A DNA stretch of 15,947 nt, from contig JBKJLC010000291.1 of the NCBI GenBank assembly GCA_046597055.1, positions 1 through 15,947 of the forward strand. Reading direction: 5' to 3'. The notes beneath the pieces were generated by a model. It worked only from the letters and a program-made list of their open reading frames with translations. It was not told the DNA's origin and made no database searches. The stretch is from Kofleriaceae bacterium (GTDB lineage Bacteria > Myxococcota_A > Polyangia > Haliangiales > Haliangiaceae). Within the stretch, counting starts at the first letter, position 1, and every line of letters begins with the position of its first letter. A program made the position numbers and the translations under genes. This document shows positions 1 through 8,406 of this stretch, one piece after another.

Positions 1-110
1 CCGCGATGAGCTGCGTCAAGATCTGCAAGGTGAGCGAGGACTGTCGCGCAGACCAGGACTGCAACGGCGTGTCGGGTTCCAACCTCAAGGCGTGCAAGCC
101 CAAGCCGTGA
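1..110 (+). CDS. 3' end of a Cys-rich secreted or lipoprotein-like protein (5' truncated by the window)
   Basis: The frame starting at nt 3 reads AMSCVKICKVSEDCRADQDCNGVSGSNLKACKPKP-TGA, followed immediately by TAG. It has 5 Cys in 35 aa and GC-rich third codon positions. Not in the ORF track; translated by hand. Confidence 0.75.
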   Translation, partial: AMSCVKICKVSEDCRADQDCNGVSGSNLKACKPKP

Positions 111-123
111 TAGGGGCCCTGGT

Positions 124-1503
124 TCAGGGCAGGTAGAAGACGCCTCGCAGGTCCTCGGTGCGCGAGATCTCTTCCGCTGGATCTTTGATCGAGCGCGCGC
201 GGAACTGGTAGTACATGCCGCTCTGGAGTGCCGGGCCCGCGTAGGGGACCGCGAGATCGTTGCTGCCGCCCGGCACCGATTGCTGCCAGACGATGGTCCC
301 GAACGCGTCGAAGACCGTCAGCTCGTAGCGATCCTCCGACGAGTCGTCGACCCAGCGCAGGGTCGGGTTCGCGGTGACCGCTTCGGGACCGTTCGCGCCC
401 GGGCCGAGGATCTCGAGGGCGCCGGTGACCTTGAAGCTCTGCGAGAGCATCACGTTCTGTCCGGCGGCGATCTCCTGATGGACGATGTCGGTGCCGCCGA
501 TGCTGGAGGCATCCCGCACCAGCAGATCGTTCTCGAACGCCGCCAGCACCACGTAGCGGCCGGCCGGGATGCCGCTGATCAGGAATGCGCCGCCGACATC
601 GGGCGCGCGCAGACCGGCCGGCGCCTCACCGCGGGCCAGCTCCTGGTTGAACGTCGACTCCACCACGAGGATGACCGAGGTCGCGTTGCCCGTCCCCCCG
701 TTCACGATCTGGACCGAGCCCGAGAGCGTCGACGTGGCGGCGGGATCCACCGCGAGGTCGACGTTGGCATCTTGCCCCACGGTGAGACTGGTCGTGCCCG
801 TCGCGTAGTTGTGGCCCTGCGCGTAGGCTCGGACCGAGTAGTCGCCGGGGGCCAAGTTCAGGATCTTGTAGTCACCATCGCGATCCGCGATGGCGGAGAA
901 CCCCTTGAGGCTGCTCGACGCGCTCGAGCTCTCCGCGACGACCAGCACGCTCGCGCCCGTCGCGTTCGCGGCAACCTTGCCGTGGATAGCAGCCGTGTTC
1001 GAGCCAGTCGCCATCACGATCAAGCCGACGTCGGTGAGCGCGCTGCTGATGACGTAGGCGCCGTCCGTCAGAGTCGGGCTCGAGGTGTCGATGGGGAGCG
1101 CCAGACGGATCCCGGACGGGAAGGTCAGGTACCCGCCGGCGTCGGCGCGGAGCGTGATGGTTCGCGCTCCAGAGGCCAGCGACCCATCGGGATGGCGGGT
1201 CGTGGCGAGCGCGAGCCGATAGCTGCCGTCGGTCTCCGAGACGGACACCGAGCTCGCTGCCGCGTTGTTTGCATCGAGCGCGACCACACGTGCGCCGGCG
1301 ACCGCGCCGTCGTCTCCGAGATCGAAGACGCGGCCTTCGACCACCACCGGGGCGAAGCAGGCGGGCTCGCCGCCTTCGACCACCTCACAGGCAAGGCCGT
1401 CGTCGCACCCAGCGTTTCCGATCGGATCGCACGGCCCCGCGTCACTCCCGCAGGCGGTGGACCACGCCGCCATGGTCGCCAAGGCAAACTTTAGATTCGA
1501 CAT
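124..1503 (-). CDS. Lipoprotein with a Cys-rich N-terminus, carboxypeptidase-regulatory-like (beta-sandwich) repeats and an FN3-like C-terminal domain, 459 aa
   Basis: Start moved to ATG 1503 (MSNLKFALATMAAWSTAC-GSD), which gives a signal peptide ending in a lipobox-like TAC. Cys cluster CDPIGNAGCDDGLACEVVEGGEPAC. Repeated motifs VEGRVFD..GARVVA..DGSYRL, IHGKV..DGDYKILNLAPGDYSVRA and LSGSV..FLISGIPAGRYVV. C-terminal PTLRW..YELTV..LQSGMYYQFRARS. Confidence 0.8.
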   Translation of the reverse strand: MSNLKFALATMAAWSTACGSDAGPCDPIGNAGCDDGLACEVVEGGEPACFAPVVVEGRVFDLGDDGAVAGARVVALDANNAAASSVSVSETDGSYRLALATTRHPDGSLASGARTITLRADAGGYLTFPSGIRLALPIDTSSPTLTDGAYVISSALTDVGLIVMATGSNTAAIHGKVAANATGASVLVVAESSSASSSLKGFSAIADRDGDYKILNLAPGDYSVRAYAQGHNYATGTTSLTVGQDANVDLAVDPAATSTLSGSVQIVNGGTGNATSVILVVESTFNQELARGEAPAGLRAPDVGGAFLISGIPAGRYVVLAAFENDLLVRDASSIGGTDIVHQEIAAGQNVMLSQSFKVTGALEILGPGANGPEAVTANPTLRWVDDSSEDRYELTVFDAFGTIVWQQSVPGGSNDLAVPYAGPALQSGMYYQFRARSIKDPAEEISRTEDLRGVFYLP

Positions 1504-1790
1504 GTCACGTTGGTGTCCCCGGACCTGGGCGTGGTCGCAGATATCGACCGGCGTATACGATTTACAACGCCCTGCGCAGCGCGCGGCGCGGCGGAGGTAG
1601 GTGCAGAGGCTACGGTGGTCGACTTCGCAGCAGCGCCGAGTGGCGATCGGCGAGCCACCGGGCGGCATCCTCGGCGTCCGCGGGCGCCTCCCTGGCGACC
1701 GAATGCGCCGGCTCGAGGCATCGCCGCGGCGCCCGATGATTCGCCGGGTTCCGCGGCGACGGCGCGGCCCGGCGGGACGTACGATTCGGC

Positions 1791-3728
1791 ATGCACTCGC
1801 CCGCGGCTCGCCGCCTCGTCGTGATCGCCGGCCTCGTGATCGCGTGCCTCGCCGCGCCCCACGCGGCGGCCGATGAACAGCGCGCCTGGGTGCCCGCGAT
1901 CCCCGATGCCGCGACCTGGAAACGCTACTCGAAGACGCTCAATGCCGACCAGTTCGGCAAGTGCATCATCGACGTCAAGTCCGACGACATCTACTTCATC
2001 GACGTCAACCTGTTCAACCTTCACGCCGACTTCGTCCTCGGCGTGCTGCTGAAGCAGGCGTGGACCCGCGACAACATCATCGAGTACAACAAGAACTACG
2101 AGCGGGTGAAGCCGCGTTTCATCCTCTGCTACGTCACCCACCACACCAAGGTGGACCGCTGGACGTTCGCGTTCTGGGAGGGTGACAAGATCGACGCCGC
2201 CGGGGTCCTGCGGGTCAAGAAGAAGCTCGACCAGACGTTCTTCGGGGCCAAGAACCTCGCGTTTCGGCCCGACTCGCCGATGCAGGAGCAGGTCGCCAGG
2301 GACGTCGCCCGGAAAGGCACCAAGACGACGACCAACGACCAGCTGTACAAGGAAGCTGATTTTCAGGCGTTCAACCGGGGGCGCGCGGTCGGGACGCTGC
2401 GGGTGGTCCCGGTCGGAACGCCGTATGACTCGGTCGTCTTTGCGGCGACCGACATCGCGCTGCTCCAGGAGAGCTACCCGGACATCTCGCGGGTGTCGGG
2501 CATCCTGGCCACCGAGTTCTCCACGCCGCTGTCGCACGTCAACCTGCGCGCGACCGCGTGGGGCATCCCCAACGCCGGCGACAAGAAGGCGCGCGCCAAG
2601 TGGGGCGCGCTCGACGGCAAGGTCATCTCCTACGAGGTCACCGACGCCGGCGCCACCGTGCGCGAGGCGACCACGAAGGAGATCGCCGCGCTCGAGGCGA
2701 GCGTGAAGCAGCAACGCCACGTCGACCTCCCGAAGGCGAACATCGACGATCCGAAGCTGCCGATGCTGACGCGGATCCGCGCCAAGGACGTCGTCACCTA
2801 CGGAGCCAAGACCGCGAACCTCGGTGAGATGCGCACCGCGAATCTGCCCGGCGTGCGCATCCCCGACGGCTTCGGCGTGCCGTTCTTCTACTACCTCCGT
2901 CACCTGCGCCAGCACGGCCTCGACAAGCAGATCGAGTCGATGCTCGACGACCCGCGCTTCGCGACCGACCTCGCCTGGCGCAAGCAGGCCCTCGCCCAGA
3001 TGCGGACGGCGATCGTCGAGGCGCCGCTCGATCCGGTCGTGCTCGACATGATCTACAAGCGCGTCCGCCTCAAGCTCGGGGGCAAGGGCGTGTTCGTGCG
3101 GTCCTCGACCAACGCCGAGGACCTGCCGCGGTTCAACGGCGCGGGCCTGTATGACACGGTGCCGAACGTGCGCGGCAAGCAGGCGCTCGGCGACGCCATC
3201 CGGTACGTCTGGGGTTCGGTCTGGAATCTGCGCGCCGTGGACGAGCGCACCGCGGCCGGGATCGATCACCGCCAGGTATATGCCGCCGTGATGATCCAGG
3301 TCGGTGTCAGCGCGACCGCAGCCGGGGTGCTCGTGACCAAGAACCTGTGGGACCCGAACGACGACGACGGTTACACGATCAACGCCAAGTGGGGCCTGGG
3401 CATGCGCGTCGTGGAGGGCCAGAAGGTCCCCGAGCAGATCATCTTCGACGCGAGCAACGATGGCACCAAGATCATCAGCCGATCCGACGACCCGGTGATG
3501 CTCGTCTTCGACGAGAAGGGCGGCATCAAGCAGGTGCCGACGCCCGATGGCGGGGTGATCCTCTCCGAGGCGCGCGCCAAGCGACTGGTCGACGCCGCCC
3601 GGCAGATCCTCCCGCTGTTCCCGCCGGGCGTACCGCTCGACATCGAGTGGGTGCTCGAAGGCGAGACGATCTGGATCGTCCAGGCCCGGCCGTACATCAT
3701 CGGGGCCGCCGCGGGCGCGTCGCGCTAG
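1791..3728 (+). CDS. Exported PEP/pyruvate-binding (PPDK_N ATP-grasp) protein with an upstream phospho-His swivel domain; dikinase-like, 645 aa
   Basis: N-terminal signal peptide (RR-LVVIAGLVIACLAAPHAAA). His motif TPLSH249VNLRATAWGIPN. ATP-grasp motifs YGAKTANLGEM, IPDGFGVP, VRSSTNAEDLPRFNGAGLYDT, SATAAGV and DIEW..WIVQARP. No C-terminal PEP-binding TIM barrel. Confidence 0.85.
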   Translation: MHSPAARRLVVIAGLVIACLAAPHAAADEQRAWVPAIPDAATWKRYSKTLNADQFGKCIIDVKSDDIYFIDVNLFNLHADFVLGVLLKQAWTRDNIIEYNKNYERVKPRFILCYVTHHTKVDRWTFAFWEGDKIDAAGVLRVKKKLDQTFFGAKNLAFRPDSPMQEQVARDVARKGTKTTTNDQLYKEADFQAFNRGRAVGTLRVVPVGTPYDSVVFAATDIALLQESYPDISRVSGILATEFSTPLSHVNLRATAWGIPNAGDKKARAKWGALDGKVISYEVTDAGATVREATTKEIAALEASVKQQRHVDLPKANIDDPKLPMLTRIRAKDVVTYGAKTANLGEMRTANLPGVRIPDGFGVPFFYYLRHLRQHGLDKQIESMLDDPRFATDLAWRKQALAQMRTAIVEAPLDPVVLDMIYKRVRLKLGGKGVFVRSSTNAEDLPRFNGAGLYDTVPNVRGKQALGDAIRYVWGSVWNLRAVDERTAAGIDHRQVYAAVMIQVGVSATAAGVLVTKNLWDPNDDDGYTINAKWGLGMRVVEGQKVPEQIIFDASNDGTKIISRSDDPVMLVFDEKGGIKQVPTPDGGVILSEARAKRLVDAARQILPLFPPGVPLDIEWVLEGETIWIVQARPYIIGAAAGASR

Positions 3729-3829
3729 CCACCCCGGGCACGCGCCGACGGCGTCAACCACGCAGCGCCCGGGGCATCCGGAGCGTCAGGGCGTGAGCGC
3801 AACCGCGGGGGGAGCAAGTGCTTCACGTC

Positions 3830-3862
3830 GGCTCGTGGCCACCGGTAGCAGCGAGCCCTTTT
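3830..3862 (+). terminator. Possible weak intrinsic terminator downstream of the dikinase-like gene
   Basis: GGCTCG (3830-3835) and CGAGCC (3852-3857) form a stem followed by CTTTT. The loop is long and the T-tract short. Confidence 0.25.
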
Positions 3863-4042
3863 CGATCGCCTGGATCGCGCGGCGCGATGGTGGCGAGATC
3901 CGGCAATTCGTGCGGCGGGGCGTCGGGCTGGCGCGACGGTCGTCGCGACGGCGTGTGGTGCGCGGCCCGTGTGACGGGAGGCAACCCCAACCGGTGTTCA
4001 CGGTCGCCCGCGTAAGCCAGCGGAAGTCGTACGGAGGATGCC

Positions 4043-4058
4043 TGGCACGTCGGATGAA
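4043..4058 (+). promoter_or_regulatory. Possible sigma-54 (-24/-12) promoter
   Basis: TGGCACG-TCGG-ATGAA has a perfect -24 element and correct spacing, but GA in place of the consensus GC at -12. It lies just upstream of ATG 4071. Confidence 0.35.
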
Positions 4059-4070
4059 TTAGGGGTTTCC

Positions 4071-4766
4071 ATGACCCGCCTCGCCAACCTCGCTCCGCTC
4101 CTCCTCCTCGCCTGGTCCGCCATGGACGCCGCTCCCGCCGCCGCCGACACCCGGGTTCGCGATCACCGCCCGGCCGAGGTGCAGGCCCCGCCGACCGACA
4201 CGTCGGCGCGCCCGCGCCGGTACCGCCGCCGGGTGGGTCCGCGCATCATGATGCCGCTGCGGTTCGACATCGGTGCGCAGGGCGCCAACACGTCGCAGGG
4301 CTACCTGCCCGGCGTCGAGCTGCGCGCTGGCATCCACTGGGCGTCGCTGAGCCCGAAGCCGACCAACTTCGACATCGGCCTGGGCGTGTTCGGCGCCGTC
4401 CTCGCCGGTCCCGAGAATGACCAGATGCCCGACGCCAACAACGACGTGCTCTATGGCGGCGCGTACCTCGAGGTCGGACAGACCCTCTCGCACGGCAGCT
4501 TCTGGCGCACCTGGGCGTCGGGCCGCGGCGAGTACATCGGCAGCAGCACCTTCGGCACCGAGCAGGCCGGGTTCGGCGTCGCCGGCCGGCTCACGGCCGA
4601 GCTCTATGCGAGCGGCATCGGCATCGAGCCCCGCGGCGTGTTCCTCGGCACCTACGCCGTCGGCGTCTACGCCGAGGCGGCCGGTCGCGGCCTTGGCGAC
4701 GACGTCAGCGCGCTGCAGGTCAGCGGCGGCCTCACCTTCCGCACGCCGCTCGTGTTCATGCCGTGA
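4071..4766 (+). CDS. Secreted hypothetical protein, possibly an outer-membrane beta-barrel, 231 aa
   Basis: ATG 4071 follows AGGGG. Signal peptide MTRLANLAPLLLLAWSAMDAAPAAA, then a VRDHR motif and a Pro/Arg linker. Many alternating Gly/hydrophobic strands (GVELRAGIHW, FDIGLGVFG, YGGAYLEVG, AVGVYAEA, VSGGLTFR). Confidence 0.75.
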   Translation: MTRLANLAPLLLLAWSAMDAAPAAADTRVRDHRPAEVQAPPTDTSARPRRYRRRVGPRIMMPLRFDIGAQGANTSQGYLPGVELRAGIHWASLSPKPTNFDIGLGVFGAVLAGPENDQMPDANNDVLYGGAYLEVGQTLSHGSFWRTWASGRGEYIGSSTFGTEQAGFGVAGRLTAELYASGIGIEPRGVFLGTYAVGVYAEAAGRGLGDDVSALQVSGGLTFRTPLVFMP

Positions 4767-4780
4767 GCCTTGCGCGCCTG

Positions 4781-5058
4781 CCGGTGGCCGCTGGCCTCTC
4801 ACCCAGTCGAGGAGCGCGACCACCCTGCGCGTCTGCCCTTCGACACGCGCCTTCGGCGCGGCTCAGGGCCACCGGAAAAGGGAGCGCGTTCGACCACCCT
4901 GCGCGTCTCCCCTCGGGATCCAGCGCAAGTTCCGGTGGCCCTGAGCCAGGGCTCGCGCAGCGAGCCCGCCGCCTCCGGGCAGACCGTCGAAGAACACGTG
5001 CTGCACCTCGCCGCTCGGCCCTTCGACACGGCGCTTCGTGCTGGCGCAGGGCTACCGG
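4781..5058. repeat. REP/BIME-like cluster of alternating palindromic units between convergent genes
   Basis: Forward 41-bp units at 4835-4875 and 5018-5058 are 32/41 identical (GCCCTTCGACACG..TTC..CAGGGCYACCGG). Reverse units lie at about 4932-4992 and, degenerate, at about 4781-4812. Perfect 18-bp inverted repeat at 4860-4877/4930-4947. Perfect 18-bp direct repeat CGACCACCCTGCGCGTCT at 4817-4834 and 4891-4908. Confidence 0.8.
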
Positions 5059-5086
5059 GGCTGGTGATCGCGTTCGGCCGCGGCGA

Positions 5087-5680
5087 TCAGTCGGGGCAGG
5101 GCGCGCCGGCGGCGGCCCAGGTCTCCCACGCGGCGACGAACGCTGCGTGGGGCGTCGGGACCGGGGTGCGGCCGAAGCCGGGGTTCCAGCCCCAGACGAC
5201 CAGCGGATCGTCGAGGTGGACGCGCAGCGCCGCCATGTCCTTGCCGCCATTGCGGTCCGGATCCTTGATCTGCTCGCACAGCGCCCTCGGCGCGACACCG
5301 ACGAAGACCAGGCGCTCCTCGGGCTTGGGCATGTGCCAGACCGTGGCGACGCCGGGCGGGGTGTGCTCGCCGTAGCTGTCAGGCGGATTGACCGGGCCGT
5401 GGCAGGTGGTGCATTCGGCGCCGACCATGCCGAACCCGGCCGGGCCGCGCATGACGTTCTGGTTGTGCAGGCGACCCTCGTCGCCCTGCAGGGGCACGTC
5501 GCCGGCAGGGTGGCAGTTCTGGCAGCGCGGGTGCTGGAGCACCGAGCGCACGGTCTCGAACGCGACCAGCGCGGGCTGGTCACGGCTGCCAGCGCCGGGG
5601 GAGGGGGTGGACGCGCGGCGGTCGCCGCACGCGGCGAGGACGAGCGTCAGGGACGCGAAGAGCAAGCCAGTTCGGATCAT
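5087..5680 (-). CDS. Diheme c-type cytochrome lipoprotein associated with an IorAB-type oxidoreductase, 197 aa
   Basis: Lipobox LAAC. Two heme-binding motifs, HPRCQNCH and CTTCH. Starts 10 bp downstream of the iorB-like stop codon on the same strand. Confidence 0.85.
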   Translation of the reverse strand: MIRTGLLFASLTLVLAACGDRRASTPSPGAGSRDQPALVAFETVRSVLQHPRCQNCHPAGDVPLQGDEGRLHNQNVMRGPAGFGMVGAECTTCHGPVNPPDSYGEHTPPGVATVWHMPKPEERLVFVGVAPRALCEQIKDPDRNGGKDMAALRVHLDDPLVVWGWNPGFGRTPVPTPHAAFVAAWETWAAAGAPCPD

Positions 5681-5690
5681 GGGCGAGGAC

Positions 5691-7826
5691 CTATGCGAGG
5701 CGGAGCGGAAGCGTGCGGAGGCGCTGCTTGGTCAGCGCGAAGACGGCGTTGGCGACCGCCGGTGCGATCGGTGCGGTGGCCGGCTCGCCGATGCCGCCCA
5801 TCGCGGCCTTGCTCGGGATCACGTGGACGTCGATGCGCGGCATCTCGTACATGCGCAGCGCCGGGTAGTCGTGGAAGTTGCTCTCCTGGACCCGGCCGTC
5901 CTTGAGCGTGAGCTTGCCGTGGAGCGCGGCAGTCAAGCCGAACGCGACGCTGCCCTGGACCTGGGCCTCGAGCCCGAGCGGGTTGACCGCGGTGCCGCAG
6001 TCGACCGCGCAGGTCACGGCGTGGACCCGGATGCGCCCCTGCTCGACCGAGACCTCCGCGACCTCGGCGATGATGGTGCCGAACGACTCGTGCACCGCGA
6101 GGCCGCGCGCGCGCCCGGCCGGCGGCGGCGTCCCCCAGCCGGCCTTGTCGGCGGCGAGCTTCAGCGCGGCGGCGTGGCGGGGCTTGCCCTTCAGCAGGGC
6201 CAGCCGGTACGCGAGCGGGTCCTGCTTCGCGGCATGGGCGAGCTCGTCGATCATGCTCTCCATCGCAAAGGCGGTGTGGGTGTTGCCGACCGACCGCCAC
6301 CACAGGACGGTGATCGGCGTCTTCGGTGAGTGCAGCGAGACCCGCCGCGCCGGCGTCTCCTCGAGGTACGGCGAGTCGGCCAGGCCCTCGACCGAGGTGC
6401 CATCGACGCCGTTGCGCACCGCGAACGCCTCGAACGGCGTGCCGGTGAGGATCGACTGGCCGACCACGACGTGGTCCCACGCGACCGGCAGGCCGCGGGC
6501 ATCGACCCCGACCTGGATGCGGTGCACGTAGGCGGGGCGGTAGAAGCCGCCGCGCATGTCGTCCTCGCGGGTCCAGATCACCTTGACCGGCACCCCGGCG
6601 GCCTTGGCGACGATGACCGCCTCCGACACGAAGTCGGCGGCCGGGTTGGCGCGCCGGCCGAACCCACCGCCCAGGAAGGTGGTGTGCAGCGTGACGTGGT
6701 CGGGCGGGATGCCGAGGATCTTCGCGGCGACCATCTGATCGACCGTCTGGAACTGGGTGCCGGTCCAGATCTCGCACCGATCGCCGTCGATCTTGACCGT
6801 GCAGTTGAGCGGCTCCATCGGCGCGTGGGCGAGGTACGGGACGTCGTACTCGGCCTCGTGGCGCGCGGCCGCCGCGGTCATGGCGGTGTCGATCTTGCCG
6901 ACGTCGGCGACGATCGCGCCCGGCTTCCGGGCCTGGGCGCGGAAGTCGACCAGCAGCGCGGCGGTGTCGATGCCGCCGCCGTCGGGGTCGCCCCATTCGA
7001 CCACCAGCGCGTCGCGGCCGAGCTTGGCGGCCCAGAAGTGCGCGGCGATCACGGCGACGCCGTTGGCGGTCGGCACCACCTGCTCGACGCCGGCGATCTG
7101 CAGCGCCGCGGCGGCGTCGAACTTGACCAGCTTGGCGCCGAACGCGGGCGGCCGCAGCACCACCGCGGTGCGCAGGCCGGGGAACTGGACGTCGATGCCG
7201 AACACCGCCTTGCCGGTGATCTTCTCGGGGGTATCGAGCCGGCGGACCCTGGTGCCGATCAGCTTCCAGGCGCTGGGATCCTTCAGCGACACCGACCTCG
7301 GTGGCGCCAGCTTCATGGCGGCGGCCGCGAGCTGCCCGTACGACAGCTCGCCCTTGGGATGGCGGACCACGCCGCCCTCGGCCTTGCAGCGCAGCGGCGA
7401 CACCTTCCAGCGCGCGGCCGCGGCGCGCACCAGCATGTCGCGCGCCATCGCGCCGACGGTGCGGTAGCGCTCGAACTCGCCGTTGGTGGTCGACGAGCCG
7501 CCGGTCATCTGGAGCTGCATCGCGGGATGGCCGTAGACCGGGGCCGCCGGCGCGTGCTCGCAGCGGACCCGGGACCAGTCGCACTCGAGCTCCTCGGCGA
7601 TCAGCATCGCGAGGCCGGTCCAGATGCCCTGGCCCATCTCGGAGTGGGCGAGCACGACCGTCACCGACTCGTCGGCGCCGATCCGCACGAACGCGTTGGG
7701 CGTGAGGGTCGGGCCGGCCGGGGCCCTGGGGGCCGCGCGCACGCCGGCCGGAACGTAGAAGCTGATGGCCAGGCCCGCGGCCGAGCCGGCCGACACCTGC
7801 AGGAAGCCACGGCGCGAGACGGTCAC
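5691..7826 (-). CDS. iorB: Xanthine oxidase family molybdopterin-binding large subunit (isoquinoline 1-oxidoreductase beta-like) with Tat signal, 711 aa
   Basis: True start is GTG 7826, which overlaps the iorA stop (GTGA). Tat motif SRRGFLQ. Family motifs [34 protein letters not shown] and catalytic GIGEP. The substrate cannot be determined from sequence. Confidence 0.92.
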   Translation of the reverse strand: MTVSRRGFLQVSAGSAAGLAISFYVPAGVRAAPRAPAGPTLTPNAFVRIGADESVTVVLAHSEMGQGIWTGLAMLIAEELECDWSRVRCEHAPAAPVYGHPAMQLQMTGGSSTTNGEFERYRTVGAMARDMLVRAAAARWKVSPLRCKAEGGVVRHPKGELSYGQLAAAAMKLAPPRSVSLKDPSAWKLIGTRVRRLDTPEKITGKAVFGIDVQFPGLRTAVVLRPPAFGAKLVKFDAAAALQIAGVEQVVPTANGVAVIAAHFWAAKLGRDALVVEWGDPDGGGIDTAALLVDFRAQARKPGAIVADVGKIDTAMTAAAARHEAEYDVPYLAHAPMEPLNCTVKIDGDRCEIWTGTQFQTVDQMVAAKILGIPPDHVTLHTTFLGGGFGRRANPAADFVSEAVIVAKAAGVPVKVIWTREDDMRGGFYRPAYVHRIQVGVDARGLPVAWDHVVVGQSILTGTPFEAFAVRNGVDGTSVEGLADSPYLEETPARRVSLHSPKTPITVLWWRSVGNTHTAFAMESMIDELAHAAKQDPLAYRLALLKGKPRHAAALKLAADKAGWGTPPPAGRARGLAVHESFGTIIAEVAEVSVEQGRIRVHAVTCAVDCGTAVNPLGLEAQVQGSVAFGLTAALHGKLTLKDGRVQESNFHDYPALRMYEMPRIDVHVIPSKAAMGGIGEPATAPIAPAVANAVFALTKQRLRTLPLRLA

Positions 7827-8284
7827 TTGCCACCTCGCTTCAGCCGCGACGCCAGGTGGATGGCCTCGCGCACGCGGACGTAGGTGCCGCAGCGGCAGAT
7901 GTTGCCCGACAGCGCGGCGTCGATCTCGGCGTCGGTCGGGTCGGGCTTGCGCTCGAGCAGCGCGACCGCGGTCATGATCTGGCCGGACTGACAGTAGCCG
8001 CACTGGACCACGTCGGCCTCGGCCCAGGCCCGCTGGACCGGGTGCGCGCCGTCGGGGGACAGCCCCTCGATGGTCGTCACCTTGCGCGTGCCCACGGTCG
8101 CGACCGGGGTGACGCAGGCGCGGACCGGCTGACCGTCGAGGTGGATCGTGCACGCGCCGCACTGGGCCATGCCGCACCCGTACTTGGTGCCGGGCAGGCC
8201 GAGCAGGTCGCGCAGCACCCACAGGAGCGGCATGTCCGGCGACGCCTCGACCTCGCGAATCGATCCATTGATGTCGAGTTTCAT
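7823..8284 (-). CDS. iorA: Small subunit with two [2Fe-2S] clusters (isoquinoline 1-oxidoreductase alpha / CoxS-like), 153 aa
   Basis: Motifs [37 protein letters not shown] and GNICRCGTY. Confidence 0.95.
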   Translation of the reverse strand: MKLDINGSIREVEASPDMPLLWVLRDLLGLPGTKYGCGMAQCGACTIHLDGQPVRACVTPVATVGTRKVTTIEGLSPDGAHPVQRAWAEADVVQCGYCQSGQIMTAVALLERKPDPTDAEIDAALSGNICRCGTYVRVREAIHLASRLKRGGK

Positions 8285-8406
8285 GTCCAGTGGGTACGTT
8301 CCGCTCGGGTCGGGGCGCGGTCAAGGCTCGGGCCCAGGAAGCCGTGTTGCGAAGTGTTGCGATCGTCGCTCGGGCCCTGATCAGCGGGTAGAGTCGGCGC
8401 GATCGC

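Noticed and set aside
1538..1567. Sigma-70 promoter on the minus strand (TTGTAA as -35) for the lipoprotein gene
   Set aside because: No convincing TAnnnT -10 element at 16-18 bp spacing; it is only a locally AT-rich patch.
1791..3728. Annotation as ppsA/ppdK or rifampin phosphotransferase (rph)
   Set aside because: The domain order is wrong (His before ATP-grasp), the PEP-binding barrel and central rifampin-binding domain are absent, and a signal peptide is present.
1491..3761. 756-aa minus-strand ORF, and similar long antisense or alternate-frame ORFs (280-1494, 5677-7833, 6330-7883, 8148-10058, 8503-10548, 11293-12699, 11426-12589, 14572-15591)
   Set aside because: These are shadow ORFs expected in very high-GC DNA. 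They overlap genes with clear family motifs and are Arg/Pro/Gly-rich or motif-less.
3732..3774. CCCCGGGC/GCCCGGGG inverted repeat after the dikinase-like stop, and a possible ncRNA in 3729-4070
   Set aside because: An 8-bp all-GC stem with a 27-nt loop and no T-tract is plausible by chance at this GC content. No riboswitch or sRNA consensus was recognised, and an Rfam/Infernal scan would be needed to settle it.
4781..5058. CRISPR array or tRNA interpretation of the repeats
   Set aside because: The units alternate in orientation, the spacers are irregular and partly repeated, no cas genes are nearby, and there is no cloverleaf or T-loop consensus.
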